Assembly (NCBI GenBank): GCA_964016885.1
Contig: OZ024741.1
Location: 177,072,001 to 177,136,000 of the forward strand
Reading direction: 5' to 3'
Length of the DNA stretch: 64,000 bases
Source: Eledone cirrhosa
Lineage: Eukaryota
The notes under the pieces were generated by a model, which worked only from the letters and a program-made list of their open reading frames with translations, was not told where the DNA came from and ran no database searches. Shown piece by piece: positions 32,359-42,440 of this stretch. Position 1 is the stretch's first letter. The number at the start of each line of letters is the position of its first letter. The translations under genes and the position numbers were made by a program.

Positions 32359-34458
32359 ATGGCTACCAAAAAAAAAAAATTTCATACGTCACTCCCACTC
32401 ATTCCGTCTTCTTCTTCCTCAATCATCACTACAGGAGAGAGAAGATTGTCTCTCTCCCTCCCTTCTTTAAATGTGTCTCTCTCCCTACCTTCTCTTTCGC
32501 AAGCGACGAAAGAAAAGAAAAGTCTCGTGCAAAGCGTGCAAGGTTTCTCCACGACGACGACGACAGCGACGAAACAGGTGTGCGGGAAATACGAAAACCC
32601 AGTTCATTCGTCTGACGTCAGGAATAATAGCAGTAGCAGCCGTAATAACAACAGCAACAGTGACAATGAAAACAACAGTAGCAGCCGCAACAGCATCACC
32701 AGCAGCATAAACAACAACAGCATTAGCAGCAGCAACACCAACAACAACCACAGCAACAGCGGCGGAGGCAGTAGTCGTAGTACCTGCAGCAACAACAAAA
32801 GTACCAGCAGCTCTGACGACAACAACAACAGCAGAGAAAAACCAATCTCATTTGCAGGTATTGCGAAAAACCTGGAAACAATCCTCATAACAAATGAGGA
32901 ATTAGAGGAAGCGAAGAAGATGGTGACAAAGAACGGACACCGAGCAATCTGCAAGGCAGCGAAAAATTTTTTCGAAACCCAAGAGCACTGTACGGTCACG
33001 TACCGTACAGTAAGTACAAAATCCCGTAGGGTGGAAAGAGCCACAGAGGCCCAAATACAAAAAGCCTTGGGGTCTGTGTGGCAGAGGAAAACGCACATCA
33101 CCCGAGGCAAAAAATACGCCACCGTAGACGTACTTTTTGCCACACCCCAGGAGGCAAAGGCCCAATCAGTAGTGACCCTAAGGAGCGAGGAAATGGTGTT
33201 GGTGCCCTCCTACTGCGGGCAAAAAATTGTGAGGGTCAAACTGACCCACGTCCCCCCCGGAATGACCCCTTCTTGGCTGGCCGCGTCTGTCCTCGTCGGA
33301 ATCGAGGACAAAACAACTGTACTGCAAGTACAGAAAAAAGTAAGAGAAGATTGGGTCGGCTCCTCCATTGAGATGCTAATCCAAACCAACCAGGAGTGCA
33401 TCGAAGCTATCCCGGATGTGATAGACTTCGATAACGGCACTCAACTGCCCATAAGTGTTGAGGGAAAACGCCCGAAATGCTTTCGCTGTGGATCGAAGAC
33501 TCACCTCAGGGCCTTCTGCAACGAGAAGACCCTGAGAAAGGAGAAAACCCCCCTCCTCCCGAATCCGGTTCCACGGCTACCAGCAACAGGACAAGCGGCA
33601 ACCAGGAACGATAGGTCCGTGACACCCATACCCACTCCACGGAAATCAAAGACAGCAGCAGCAGTGGAAATATTAACAACAACAACAGCAATACCAAATG
33701 CAGCTGCAACAGAGACTCCAGTGCAAACATCACCAACAACAACAAGTGAAAGAGTGGAGCTGGTACCCCTCCCCGACCTTACAGAATCAGACATGGAGTG
33801 TGAGGTGGGAGAGGGATGGCAAAAGGTCTCAAGAAGGCACAAACGCAGAAGCAGCGCATCGTCGCCTTTGAAAAGGGAGGAAAGAAATGAGAAAAGGGTA
33901 AAGTCTACTGCAAAGAGACCCACAGCAGCAACACCACCAACACCATCACCACCCACACCAGCACCACCATCACCACCGGCGACAACCCCACCGCCAACAA
34001 CACCTTCAACACCACCACCACAAGCACCAACATCGCAAACACAACAACAAAACACACACACCCAGCAACAACGACAAGAAAATAGCAGAACCACACCCCA
34101 CCCCCAGAAAAACAAATGCACGGCAATAAACACACACAACAAGAAACTAATGACTTACATAATTGAACACACAGACATTTCACAACAGGACTACATAATA
34201 CCAGCACCAATCAAAACGCCAACTAACATAAGACTGCTAAAAATAGCACAGAAACAATACACAAACATTAAAACGAAATTCCCCAACGCAGTTGGTGATT
34301 TCAGGGACCTAGGAGGAACCATTAATCGAAGAGTATATTCAGACATTCTCTTAGAAGAGCCGACGACCAGCCGAAGGGACGATTCAACGGTCCCTTCACC
34401 AGACGATCAAGTGAAAAGGGATGTAAAAACCATCCCTCCTCTACCAAAAATACGGTAA
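32359..34458 (+). CDS. Tx1 ORF1 (gag-like nucleic-acid-binding protein: Ser/Asn-rich N-term, RRM-like core, CCHC knuckle, Pro/Thr linker, C-terminal domain)
   Basis: Open frame 32326-34458, first ATG 32359; CFRCGSKTHLRAFC (CX2CX4HX4C); GWQKVSRR motif common in Tx1/L1 ORF1s. Confidence 0.88.
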   Translation: MATKKKKFHTSLPLIPSSSSSIITTGERRLSLSLPSLNVSLSLPSLSQATKEKKSLVQSVQGFSTTTTTATKQVCGKYENPVHSSDVRNNSSSSRNNNSNSDNENNSSSRNSITSSINNNSISSSNTNNNHSNSGGGSSRSTCSNNKSTSSSDDNNNSREKPISFAGIAKNLETILITNEELEEAKKMVTKNGHRAICKAAKNFFETQEHCTVTYRTVSTKSRRVERATEAQIQKALGSVWQRKTHITRGKKYATVDVLFATPQEAKAQSVVTLRSEEMVLVPSYCGQKIVRVKLTHVPPGMTPSWLAASVLVGIEDKTTVLQVQKKVREDWVGSSIEMLIQTNQECIEAIPDVIDFDNGTQLPISVEGKRPKCFRCGSKTHLRAFCNEKTLRKEKTPLLPNPVPRLPATGQAATRNDRSVTPIPTPRKSKTAAAVEILTTTTAIPNAAATETPVQTSPTTTSERVELVPLPDLTESDMECEVGEGWQKVSRRHKRRSSASSPLKREERNEKRVKSTAKRPTAATPPTPSPPTPAPPSPPATTPPPTTPSTPPPQAPTSQTQQQNTHTQQQRQENSRTTPHPQKNKCTAINTHNKKLMTYIIEHTDISQQDYIIPAPIKTPTNIRLLKIAQKQYTNIKTKFPNAVGDFRDLGGTINRRVYSDILLEEPTTSRRDDSTVPSPDDQVKRDVKTIPPLPKIR

Positions 34459-34493
34459 GTGGTCTTTCCCATCTTTTCCACTCTATTTTAAAC

Positions 34494-37400
34494 ATGACCT
34501 CACTCAGAATAGGCAGCATAAATGCGCGTGGCTTGGGGTCGTCATGGAAGCAGGGTCACCTGCTCAACGACCTCAGGTCACTAAACATAGATGTAGTGGC
34601 CATCAGCGAGACCAGAATCTCCGAAGCACGGGCCTTCGCACCGATCTTCGGCGGCTACGATGTGTACGCATCTCCCAGCCGTCCTGGATCCGGTGGAGGA
34701 GTTGCTGTGCTTTTTCGGAGAGGTTTGGATCTCGCCATACGGGCCATCTTCCTGGACCCAGAGGGTAAGCTGGTGGTGCTGGACGTGACCAGCGGAGACG
34801 GGCAAGCTTTCAGGCTAGTGGCCGTCTATGCCCCGACAGGAGCAGGGCGGCCTGATTTCTTCCGGCGTCTGGAGACCTTTCTTGGAACGTCGCGCTCTTT
34901 AGTGTTAGTGGGCGACTGGAACGGGATCTTAGATGCACGCTGGGACTGTGTGGGATTAGCGGATAGGGGTGGAGGGTGCAAGAGCCTCACCAACCTGCTC
35001 AGGCGTTTTGAACTGTCTGACAGGTACCGATTGGATTTCCCGAATGTGCCAATGTGGACTTGGACAAACCGCATAGGGTCATCCAGATCATATCTAGATA
35101 GAGTATTTTGTAGGGAAATAGATAGGTCTAGCATAGGCTGTCCACAATTCAAGATAGTCAGCTACACGGACCACAAATTCGTGATCTGTGTGCTTGACTT
35201 AGATAGGCTTCATAGACGAGGACCCGGCTACTGGAAGCTAAACGCGTCCTTACCAGCGCGCAAGGCCTACAGAGACCGGATTAGCGAACTAGTTAAGCGG
35301 GCGTTGACGGGGGCCATCGTCAACAACAAGTGGTGGTTTGCTCTGAAAAGAGCGATTAGAATAGAATCGATTAGGTTTAGTAAGGCTTTAGCAATAGAGA
35401 AAAATAGAGCAGAGGGAGAACTAGTTAGAAAATTAGACGAGGCGCTTAGCAAAGGCATTGCGACCGACGTGCTTGCGGCGAAATTGGCCCTTGACCAATT
35501 CTTCAATGCAAAGCACGAAGGCTGCGTTGTCAGAGCTAGGGTGCGTGCTCTCAGACACGAGGGGACGAAAGCCGTTCAATGGGCCCGAGTGGCGGAGGCG
35601 CGTCGTGGCAACAAAGCCACGATCCGGTCTTTGGTGGACCACGACGGGCGCATGCTACTCGATCCCGGGCAAATGTGTGAAGCTTTTCAGCGACACTTCG
35701 CTCAGCTGTTCGGGGGCAGCGGGGGGCCGGGTAGAGGGATGGACTTTAGTGTCTACCTCGACGGACTGCCGCGGCTCTCGGCCACTGAGGCGAAGTGTTG
35801 CGAAAAGCCGATAACAGCCGCTGAAGTAAGGGAGGCAATGACTGGCTGCACAAGGGGTAAATCGCCTGGTTTGGATGGTCTGCCCTATGAACTTTACGTA
35901 CAGATGCCAGACTTGTTCGGAGGCCTCTTGGCGGACGTCTACTGCAACTGGCAACAGAACGGGAGAATTCCCAGTTCTGTGAGCCGAGGAGCGGTGGCAC
36001 TGCTGAGAAAGGATCCGAACAAGGGGGATAACATAGACAATTTCCGGCCCATAACTCTGCTAAACACAGAGTTTAAGATTTTGGCCAAGGTGCTAGCAAA
36101 GAGGTTGGCGCTTGTCGTTGGTGGTCTGGTGGGAGAGGCGCAGACATGCGCCATTCCCGACAGATCCATCCACGACAACCTCCACCTCATGCGATACATC
36201 GTAGAGAGGGTAGCTAGGGAACCTGGCACGGGTGGGTCCTTGATCAATTTAGATCAGTCGAAAGCTTTCGATAGGGTCGACCATCGTTACCTAGCGGCAG
36301 TCCTGAGGGCGGCTGGCTTTGGGCCCGTCTTCAGAGGCTGGATCGCTGCCATGCACAGCGACATCTGCTCTGTGGTGAGAGTGAACGGTCACCTGTCGGA
36401 ACCGTTCAACATCATGCGCTCGGTCCGCCAAGGATGTCCCCTCTCGTCCCTCTTGTACGTATTGACTCTCGAGCCATTACTGCACAAACTGGAGACGTTG
36501 AGGGGAGTCCCGCGCGAACTAGGATGCGGAAGATCCGTGTCAGCATATGCGGACGATGTCACCGTAGTGGTGTCGAACGCCAAACACATCGAGGCGATCG
36601 GCACTACACTAAGAGAATACGAAGCGGTGACAGGAGCAATGATCAACCAGGAAAAGTCAGTGGGCCTGCAGCTCGGCACCTGGAGAGGCAGGTCCATGCC
36701 GTCCAACAGCGTCGTCGGGCGCTGGACGGACGGACCGGTTAAATTGCTAGGGGTCTGGTTCGGTCCGGACCTCCAGACGGACAAAAACTGGGACGAGGTG
36801 ACGAGCAGGGTGGCTTCTCTCACCCAGAAATGGGCGGAGAGGAAGCTATCCCTGAAAGGTCGAGCGGAGGTGGCTAACGCGTACATCGCGTCTGTCATCT
36901 GCTACCGCCTAACCGTCGTACCTTGTCCTAAGCCTCGCCTGACTGCGCTGGAGCGTTTTCTCTTTCGCTTTTTGTGGAAGGGACGTGCTCCGATGGTCAG
37001 GCGGTCCATCTGTTGTCAACACCCGCTACGTGGAGGGCTGGGCATGCCGTGGCTGATGATGCGCAGGCACGCGCTCAGGCTACGACATCTCCACCTCTTC
37101 CTCGACGGTGATCAGGTGTGGTCGCCGTTTGCTAGACGCGTTTTTCCCCAGCTCGTTTCCTTGACGGAGCTGCAGTCCTGGGTCAAGCGAAGACCGAGAG
37201 GGAGCGCCTGGAGACTGGAATGTCTTCAGGCGCTCACAGCCCTCGACCAATCGGGCAATGTGATCGGTGGAAACTCCACCTCGGCGTTCTATAGAGGATT
37301 AGTGGAGGGGAAGAGCGACGACGTACTTGGGGAAACTCTAGGCGTCGACGAAAATCAACTAGCCAATCTCTTCGGAAGAACTTTCGGGCCAGGGCCTATG

Positions 37401-37913
37401 GACAACTTCCAGAAATCTCTGGCCTGGCAGTGCTACCGAGGAGCCTTGCCAGTTCGGGATAAACTCTACAGGCATGGAGGTGCCGTCAGCCGGGCATGTC
37501 CGAGATGCGCGCAGGGCGACGAAACCGTCCTGCACGCACTCGTCCAGTGTCCGAAAATTGCTGACTTGTGGGTTTATGTCGAACACCTGCTGTCGCGTTT
37601 AGGACGGATCCAGCTATCATCTGAGTCTATCGTGAGGATTGCCCCGCCCTCCTCCTTTAGCCGGGAAGGGCAGGCAGTTTTTATCTGTCTGGTGGCCATG
37701 GCGAAAGAGATAGTATGGTGGACACGTTTGAAAGGGCTGAAGACGAGCACTTACCTCTTCGGTGATGCTCTGATTGACTTTTTCAAATTTCATTTGAAAA
37801 GGAAAATCAGAGTAGAAAAGGAAGTGCTCTCTTCCCAGCATTTTGTTGAAAGATGGGTGAGAGAAGCAAGAATGGCCCGAGTGAATGGGCCGACTCTGAG
37901 TATATATCTGTAA
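34494..37913 (+). CDS. Tx1 ORF2: apurinic-like endonuclease + reverse transcriptase + C-terminal zinc knuckle
   Basis: SINARGL, ISET, VYAP, GDWN, SYLDR, TDH (APE); KSPGLDG, NFRPITLLN, DQSKAFDRV, VRQGCPLS, YADD (RT); CPRC..ETVLHALVQC. Confidence 0.96.
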   Translation: MTSLRIGSINARGLGSSWKQGHLLNDLRSLNIDVVAISETRISEARAFAPIFGGYDVYASPSRPGSGGGVAVLFRRGLDLAIRAIFLDPEGKLVVLDVTSGDGQAFRLVAVYAPTGAGRPDFFRRLETFLGTSRSLVLVGDWNGILDARWDCVGLADRGGGCKSLTNLLRRFELSDRYRLDFPNVPMWTWTNRIGSSRSYLDRVFCREIDRSSIGCPQFKIVSYTDHKFVICVLDLDRLHRRGPGYWKLNASLPARKAYRDRISELVKRALTGAIVNNKWWFALKRAIRIESIRFSKALAIEKNRAEGELVRKLDEALSKGIATDVLAAKLALDQFFNAKHEGCVVRARVRALRHEGTKAVQWARVAEARRGNKATIRSLVDHDGRMLLDPGQMCEAFQRHFAQLFGGSGGPGRGMDFSVYLDGLPRLSATEAKCCEKPITAAEVREAMTGCTRGKSPGLDGLPYELYVQMPDLFGGLLADVYCNWQQNGRIPSSVSRGAVALLRKDPNKGDNIDNFRPITLLNTEFKILAKVLAKRLALVVGGLVGEAQTCAIPDRSIHDNLHLMRYIVERVAREPGTGGSLINLDQSKAFDRVDHRYLAAVLRAAGFGPVFRGWIAAMHSDICSVVRVNGHLSEPFNIMRSVRQGCPLSSLLYVLTLEPLLHKLETLRGVPRELGCGRSVSAYADDVTVVVSNAKHIEAIGTTLREYEAVTGAMINQEKSVGLQLGTWRGRSMPSNSVVGRWTDGPVKLLGVWFGPDLQTDKNWDEVTSRVASLTQKWAERKLSLKGRAEVANAYIASVICYRLTVVPCPKPRLTALERFLFRFLWKGRAPMVRRSICCQHPLRGGLGMPWLMMRRHALRLRHLHLFLDGDQVWSPFARRVFPQLVSLTELQSWVKRRPRGSAWRLECLQALTALDQSGNVIGGNSTSAFYRGLVEGKSDDVLGETLGVDENQLANLFGRTFGPGPMDNFQKSLAWQCYRGALPVRDKLYRHGGAVSRACPRCAQGDETVLHALVQCPKIADLWVYVEHLLSRLGRIQLSSESIVRIAPPSSFSREGQAVFICLVAMAKEIVWWTRLKGLKTSTYLFGDALIDFFKFHLKRKIRVEKEVLSSQHFVERWVREARMARVNGPTLSIYL

Positions 37914-38186
37914 ACTAAAGGTGGAAAACTGGGAGAGGGCACTTGCCTTGGTGGTCAGGGTCATTGTGGCTTTTTACTGGGCTTTCTCCACAAATGTCCC
38001 TCCGAAGTCTCCCCCCTATTGGGGAATTTTTCATTGTTATTTTCATTGTTATTTTTGTTACATCCTCTGTTTTTGTTTTTTTACACGCAGAAATGCCCAT
38101 TTGTACCGTCCTGCATTGTCCTGCACTGTCCTTAATGTCTACTTTATGTAAACCCTTGTGGTTAATAAAGAAATCATTATTATTAA

Positions 38187-38229
<43 letters not shown>

Positions 38230-38369
38230 TGCATTTATCTTGCTTTATGTTTATACGAGTTATCACCAAGTCACAACCAGTGACCTCAAGAGACAACAAG
38301 GTCCGCCATGTTCAAGAAAGAACACACATATTCACACATGCATCCTTAGTGTTTAGACTTGTGATGTAC

Positions 38370-39602
38370 TTATATTGACAGGATCTTCCTTAGTATATGG
38401 GCAGTTCCCATTAGTACTATCTTTTGTATTTCTCCTATACGCGGGTTTCCTGGGATTTGCGATAAGTAGTCGTTAGACCCCTTAGGTATCATTCCCAGAG
38501 CGCCTACAACCACTGGTATTGTTTTAGTTCTCAATTTCCACATTTTTCCAATTTCTATCTCCAGGTCCTTATACTTGCTCAATTTTTCAAATGTTTTTAT
38601 AGATACATTCTTGTCTATTGGAACAGACATATCAATTAGCAGGCATACCCTCCTTTGAAAGTCCTTCAATATTATATCAGGTCTATTTGCATCTATTTTT
38701 CGGTCTGTTTGGATGCTAAAGTTCCACAAGATTGAGATGTGATCTTTTTCAAGTATGGGAGGTGGTTGATGCTCCCACCAATTCTTTTGATGGGGCAGGT
38801 CAAAATGCTTGCACATTATCCAATGTATGTATTGTGCAGCTCTGTCATGCCTGTTTAGGTATTCGGTTGGAGCTATAGGACTGCACATTGAAATTATATG
38901 GTCAATGGTCTCTGGTTGTTTTTTGCATACACGGCATAATGGGCTGCACCCATTTTTTATTATGTTGGCTTGGTAATTTTTTGTTGGCAGACACTGATCT
39001 TGTGCGGATATAATCAGTCCTTCAGTCTCCGATTTCAGTCCAGAGGATGCCAACCACTGATGGGTTAAAGTTTTGTCAACATCAGGATTGTTAGCTCGCT
39101 CTGGGTATTTTCCATACAGAGGCTTTTCTTGCCATTTCTTAGCCAGTTTCTGTAGCAGTTCTTTCTTTGCAGTTACTTTTACCTGCTTTGCTTTTTCTGT
39201 GTTTTCCATTTCAGAAGTAAATGGGACTTCTGAAATTTGTAGTCCATTACTGTATCTTTGTGCATCTTTTGTAATGGAATATGATCTTTTGGTGCTTTCG
39301 TGTTTCAAAACGAGTTTGATCATCCAATCATGTGATTCCCTTAGATATGTGGATAATCCAATTGTTGCAGTTTTCAACGCAATGTCTAACTGGATTAACC
39401 CACGTCCTCCTTCTTTCCTAGGGAGATATATTCTATCTATGTCTGCCTTAGGGTGATGCATTCTGTGCATGGTTAAGAATTTTCGGATTTTTGTATCGAG
39501 CCTACGGATCTCTGTGCTTGACCAGTTGATGACATTGTAACTGTAGGTTACTACTGGTATGGCAAGCGTGTTTATGGCATCGATCCTATTCCTTGCATTC
39601 AA
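38370..39602 (-). CDS. R4 family B ORF, C-terminal CCHC + restriction-like endonuclease
   Basis: GGRGL; CRVCKKQPETIDHIISMC; RHD; NRPDI..LIDMSVP..K..KY. Confidence 0.9.
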   Translation of the reverse strand: MNARNRIDAINTLAIPVVTYSYNVINWSSTEIRRLDTKIRKFLTMHRMHHPKADIDRIYLPRKEGGRGLIQLDIALKTATIGLSTYLRESHDWMIKLVLKHESTKRSYSITKDAQRYSNGLQISEVPFTSEMENTEKAKQVKVTAKKELLQKLAKKWQEKPLYGKYPERANNPDVDKTLTHQWLASSGLKSETEGLIISAQDQCLPTKNYQANIIKNGCSPLCRVCKKQPETIDHIISMCSPIAPTEYLNRHDRAAQYIHWIMCKHFDLPHQKNWWEHQPPPILEKDHISILWNFSIQTDRKIDANRPDIILKDFQRRVCLLIDMSVPIDKNVSIKTFEKLSKYKDLEIEIGKMWKLRTKTIPVVVGALGMIPKGSNDYLSQIPGNPRIGEIQKIVLMGTAHILRKILSI

Positions 39603-42021
39603 TTCCGTTCTTACGGATTGCTCTGACTCTGCGGTAACATTCCTTCCTTATCCTTTCCCTCATTGTCGAGTGCTTGATTCCGTCTCCTTCACAAACACCT
39701 AGATATTTGTAAGTTTGTTCTTGATCAAGCTCTCTTATCACGTTCCCCCGATCAAGATTAATGTCTGAACTCTTCAGCAGCTTTCCTCTGGTGAACGTTG
39801 CTTTGGCGCATTTATCCAGTCCAAACTCCATTTTAATGTCATCACTGAACTGCTTCACAGTGGATAATAGCCCTTGCAATTGTTCATCATTTTTTGCAAA
39901 TAGTTTCAGGTCATCCATGTAGAACAGGTGATTAATGGTTTTGTCATAGACTCTATATCCATGTTTTGTTTCATTGAGCATTTTACTTAATGGTATAAGT
40001 GCGATGCAGAATAAAAGCGGTGATAAAGAGTCACCCTGAAAAATTCCACAATTAATGTTAACTTCTCCAGCTTCCAGTGATTTTGTTTCACTATTCAAAA
40101 GGAGTGTCGTTCTCCATGTCCTCATACTGAATGACAAAAACCTCCTGATAACGGGGGATATTTTGAAAATCTCTAAACATTTTTCAATCCAACTGTGTGG
40201 CAAACTATCAAATGCTTTTTTATAATCTATCCAAGCAATCGATAGATTTTTGTGTCTATTATGACAATCTTCCAGTATCATTTTGTTAACCAGAAGCTGA
40301 TCCTTACAGCCATATGAGCCTCGTTTACACCCTTTCTGCTCAATGGGAAATAGGTCATTTGTTATCAGGTGGTCATATGTGTATTCAGTTAGGACTGATG
40401 TTAAAATTTTATACATTGTGGTCAAGCAGGTTATCGGTCTGTAATTTTTGGGATTGTTTGTCTCATCATTCTTCGGTAGCAGGAATGTAATGCCGTTAAC
40501 TAGCCATGATGGTATCTTTTCTGGCTCCTTAACTATTTCATTGTAAAGTTGGGCTAACAGCTCATGAGACTCTGTGAAGGCATTTATCCAAAAGTTTTGT
40601 ATTTTGTCTTTTCCTGGGGATTTCCATTTGCTGGTTTTTCTTAGAGCCAAGCGCAGCTGTTCAACTGTTATATTTTCCCATGTTTGTTCTTCAAGGTGAG
40701 CTGTTTCTTTCATTTGTCTGTCTATCCATGGGGCATGTATGTTATGAACTTTTTCTTCGGCCCAGATCTTTTCCCAGAATTCTTGCACTTCCTCCTTGGG
40801 TGGTATTGATTTAACAGTTATTGTTGACTTACCAATTTTTCTGTAGAAGTTTCTTTGGTTGTTTTTGAACATATTATTGTCCTTATAGAATCTAGATCGT
40901 TTTTCAAAGCGCCTTATACGAGCAGCTTTGGCCGACACTTTTTGCTTGATTGTTTCTATCAGCATGTCTATGTCACATGTTGATCTTATACTGTACTTTT
41001 TTTTCAATTTTCTAAGTTTAGTTTGTTTAACATGTTCACCTACTTTATAGTTTGTTAAAATTTCTATGTCAGATCGGAGAAGGTTTATTTGGCGATTGAT
41101 GTTATCTTGCCAAGTAGATTTCTTGTGGGAATTCCTTTGTTTTTTCATCTTCACTCCACATAAGTGAGTGGTGACTTTAGCCAATGCATAATAGAGATGA
41201 TTTAAGTCAGTAATGCTTAGTTTGTTTGTGATGATAATGTTTTTGAGAATTATGTTTGTCTTGTGTATTATCTTTTGGTTCTGTTTGGAGTTCTGGATCT
41301 TAGGGAGGGTGTCTCGTTCCCCCATGTCAGATTCTTTCATTTTCATCCATTCGATCATAATTTCATCCTTCAAGTTGGCAAGTTCATTCTCATTCATTTC
41401 TTTATCATTTACGATCTCATTATTTTCATTTGGAGTTTCATCCTGAGCATGCACTCCCTCCACTTTTTCGCTCCTTTCTTTAATTTGTTCTGTTGCCAGT
41501 GATTCCGCCCCAACTCTGGGATTCGAAGTGTTACAGTTTACCTCGTTTTCACTGACACATGCTTCATTTTCCCTTCGCTGACTTTGTGCTACTAGCTTGA
41601 TCTGATCAATTTCTATATCAGTTAGTAACTTTTTTCTTACAATATTTCTTCGTATATTGGCTAGTTTGTTACTGTCAATATAGCCTCTGTTTTCGGGATG
41701 TTTCTTTTTCCAGTTGATATATGTTTGCTCTGTATTCGATGTATTTGATGGGTAGTACATGGCAGTGTAGAAAGCCTCAAGGACTTCTTTATTATCTTCC
41801 CTTGACCATTTTTCTCTCTTTTTCTTTGGATTTCTTGGTGGTGAGTATGGAGGGCCAACAGTAGGAGTATTCCGGTTATGGGAGGTCTCCAGCTCCGAAG
41901 CGATGGGAAGGTTTGAAGCATTAGCTGATTTTTCGACCCCAGTCTGGTTCCTCTCTGAGGGACGCGGCCCTTTTTTACCCGGGTGACGGCCGATCCGGTA
42001 TGAGATTTCATCATTAGACAT
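39586..42021 (-). CDS. R4 family B ORF, N-terminal domain + RT (frameshifts into 38370-39602)
   Basis: KWSREDN..LANIRRNI; WKSPGKD; NYRPITCL; WIDYKKAFDSLPHSW; [10 protein letters not shown]; HLFYMDDLKL. Confidence 0.9.
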   Translation of the reverse strand: MSNDEISYRIGRHPGKKGPRPSERNQTGVEKSANASNLPIASELETSHNRNTPTVGPPYSPPRNPKKKREKWSREDNKEVLEAFYTAMYYPSNTSNTEQTYINWKKKHPENRGYIDSNKLANIRRNIVRKKLLTDIEIDQIKLVAQSQRRENEACVSENEVNCNTSNPRVGAESLATEQIKERSEKVEGVHAQDETPNENNEIVNDKEMNENELANLKDEIMIEWMKMKESDMGERDTLPKIQNSKQNQKIIHKTNIILKNIIITNKLSITDLNHLYYALAKVTTHLCGVKMKKQRNSHKKSTWQDNINRQINLLRSDIEILTNYKVGEHVKQTKLRKLKKKYSIRSTCDIDMLIETIKQKVSAKAARIRRFEKRSRFYKDNNMFKNNQRNFYRKIGKSTITVKSIPPKEEVQEFWEKIWAEEKVHNIHAPWIDRQMKETAHLEEQTWENITVEQLRLALRKTSKWKSPGKDKIQNFWINAFTESHELLAQLYNEIVKEPEKIPSWLVNGITFLLPKNDETNNPKNYRPITCLTTMYKILTSVLTEYTYDHLITNDLFPIEQKGCKRGSYGCKDQLLVNKMILEDCHNRHKNLSIAWIDYKKAFDSLPHSWIEKCLEIFKISPVIRRFLSFSMRTWRTTLLLNSETKSLEAGEVNINCGIFQGDSLSPLLFCIALIPLSKMLNETKHGYRVYDKTINHLFYMDDLKLFAKNDEQLQGLLSTVKQFSDDIKMEFGLDKCAKATFTRGKLLKSSDINLDRGNVIRELDQEQTYKYLGVCEGDGIKHSTMRERIRKECYRRVRAIRKNGIECKE

Positions 42022-42269
42022 CTACTTTATTTTGTCGCGTTTTATCCTTATCCGCCAAGGGGTAATCTTTTCGTGTTACCACTTCTAGAACGAGTGTCAA
42101 CCAAGACTAGAGGGGTCGTTCTCCCCTAGAGACATGGCTATTCCCCGCCGGCCGCCATCCCGGTATTTCTTGGTCACGGGGTTTTCTTTTTGTTGTTTTT
42201 TTTAAATTGTTATTATCATGAGTGGTTCCTTAATGTGAGCATTGCGTGGCTTAAGAATGAAATTATTAA

Positions 42270-42311
42270 TAATTGTCTCCACTCCAGGCCAGCAATCACC
42301 CAGTGCATTAC
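42270..42311 (-). mobile_element. Short SINE 3' fragment at the head of R4 family B
   Basis: aggccagcaatcacccagtgcattac matches the SINE 3' region. Confidence 0.6.
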
Positions 42312-42384
42312 AATAATATAATATACTTATAATATACTTATTATATACTTATTATTATATACTTATAATATACTTATAATATAC

Positions 42385-42440
<56 letters not shown>

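Larger units (their letters stand above)
32147..38175 (+). mobile_element. Full-length, apparently intact L1/Tx1-clade non-LTR retrotransposon between (ATT)n tracts
   Basis: 5'UTR, two uninterrupted ORFs, 3'UTR with AATAAA followed directly by (ATT)n. Confidence 0.95.
38231..42262 (-). mobile_element. Near-intact R4/Dong-clade element, family B (distinct from family A)
   Basis: Single ORF broken by one frameshift at ~39600; 3'UTR 38231-38369 abuts (ATT)n; 5'UTR ~42022-42262. Confidence 0.93.
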
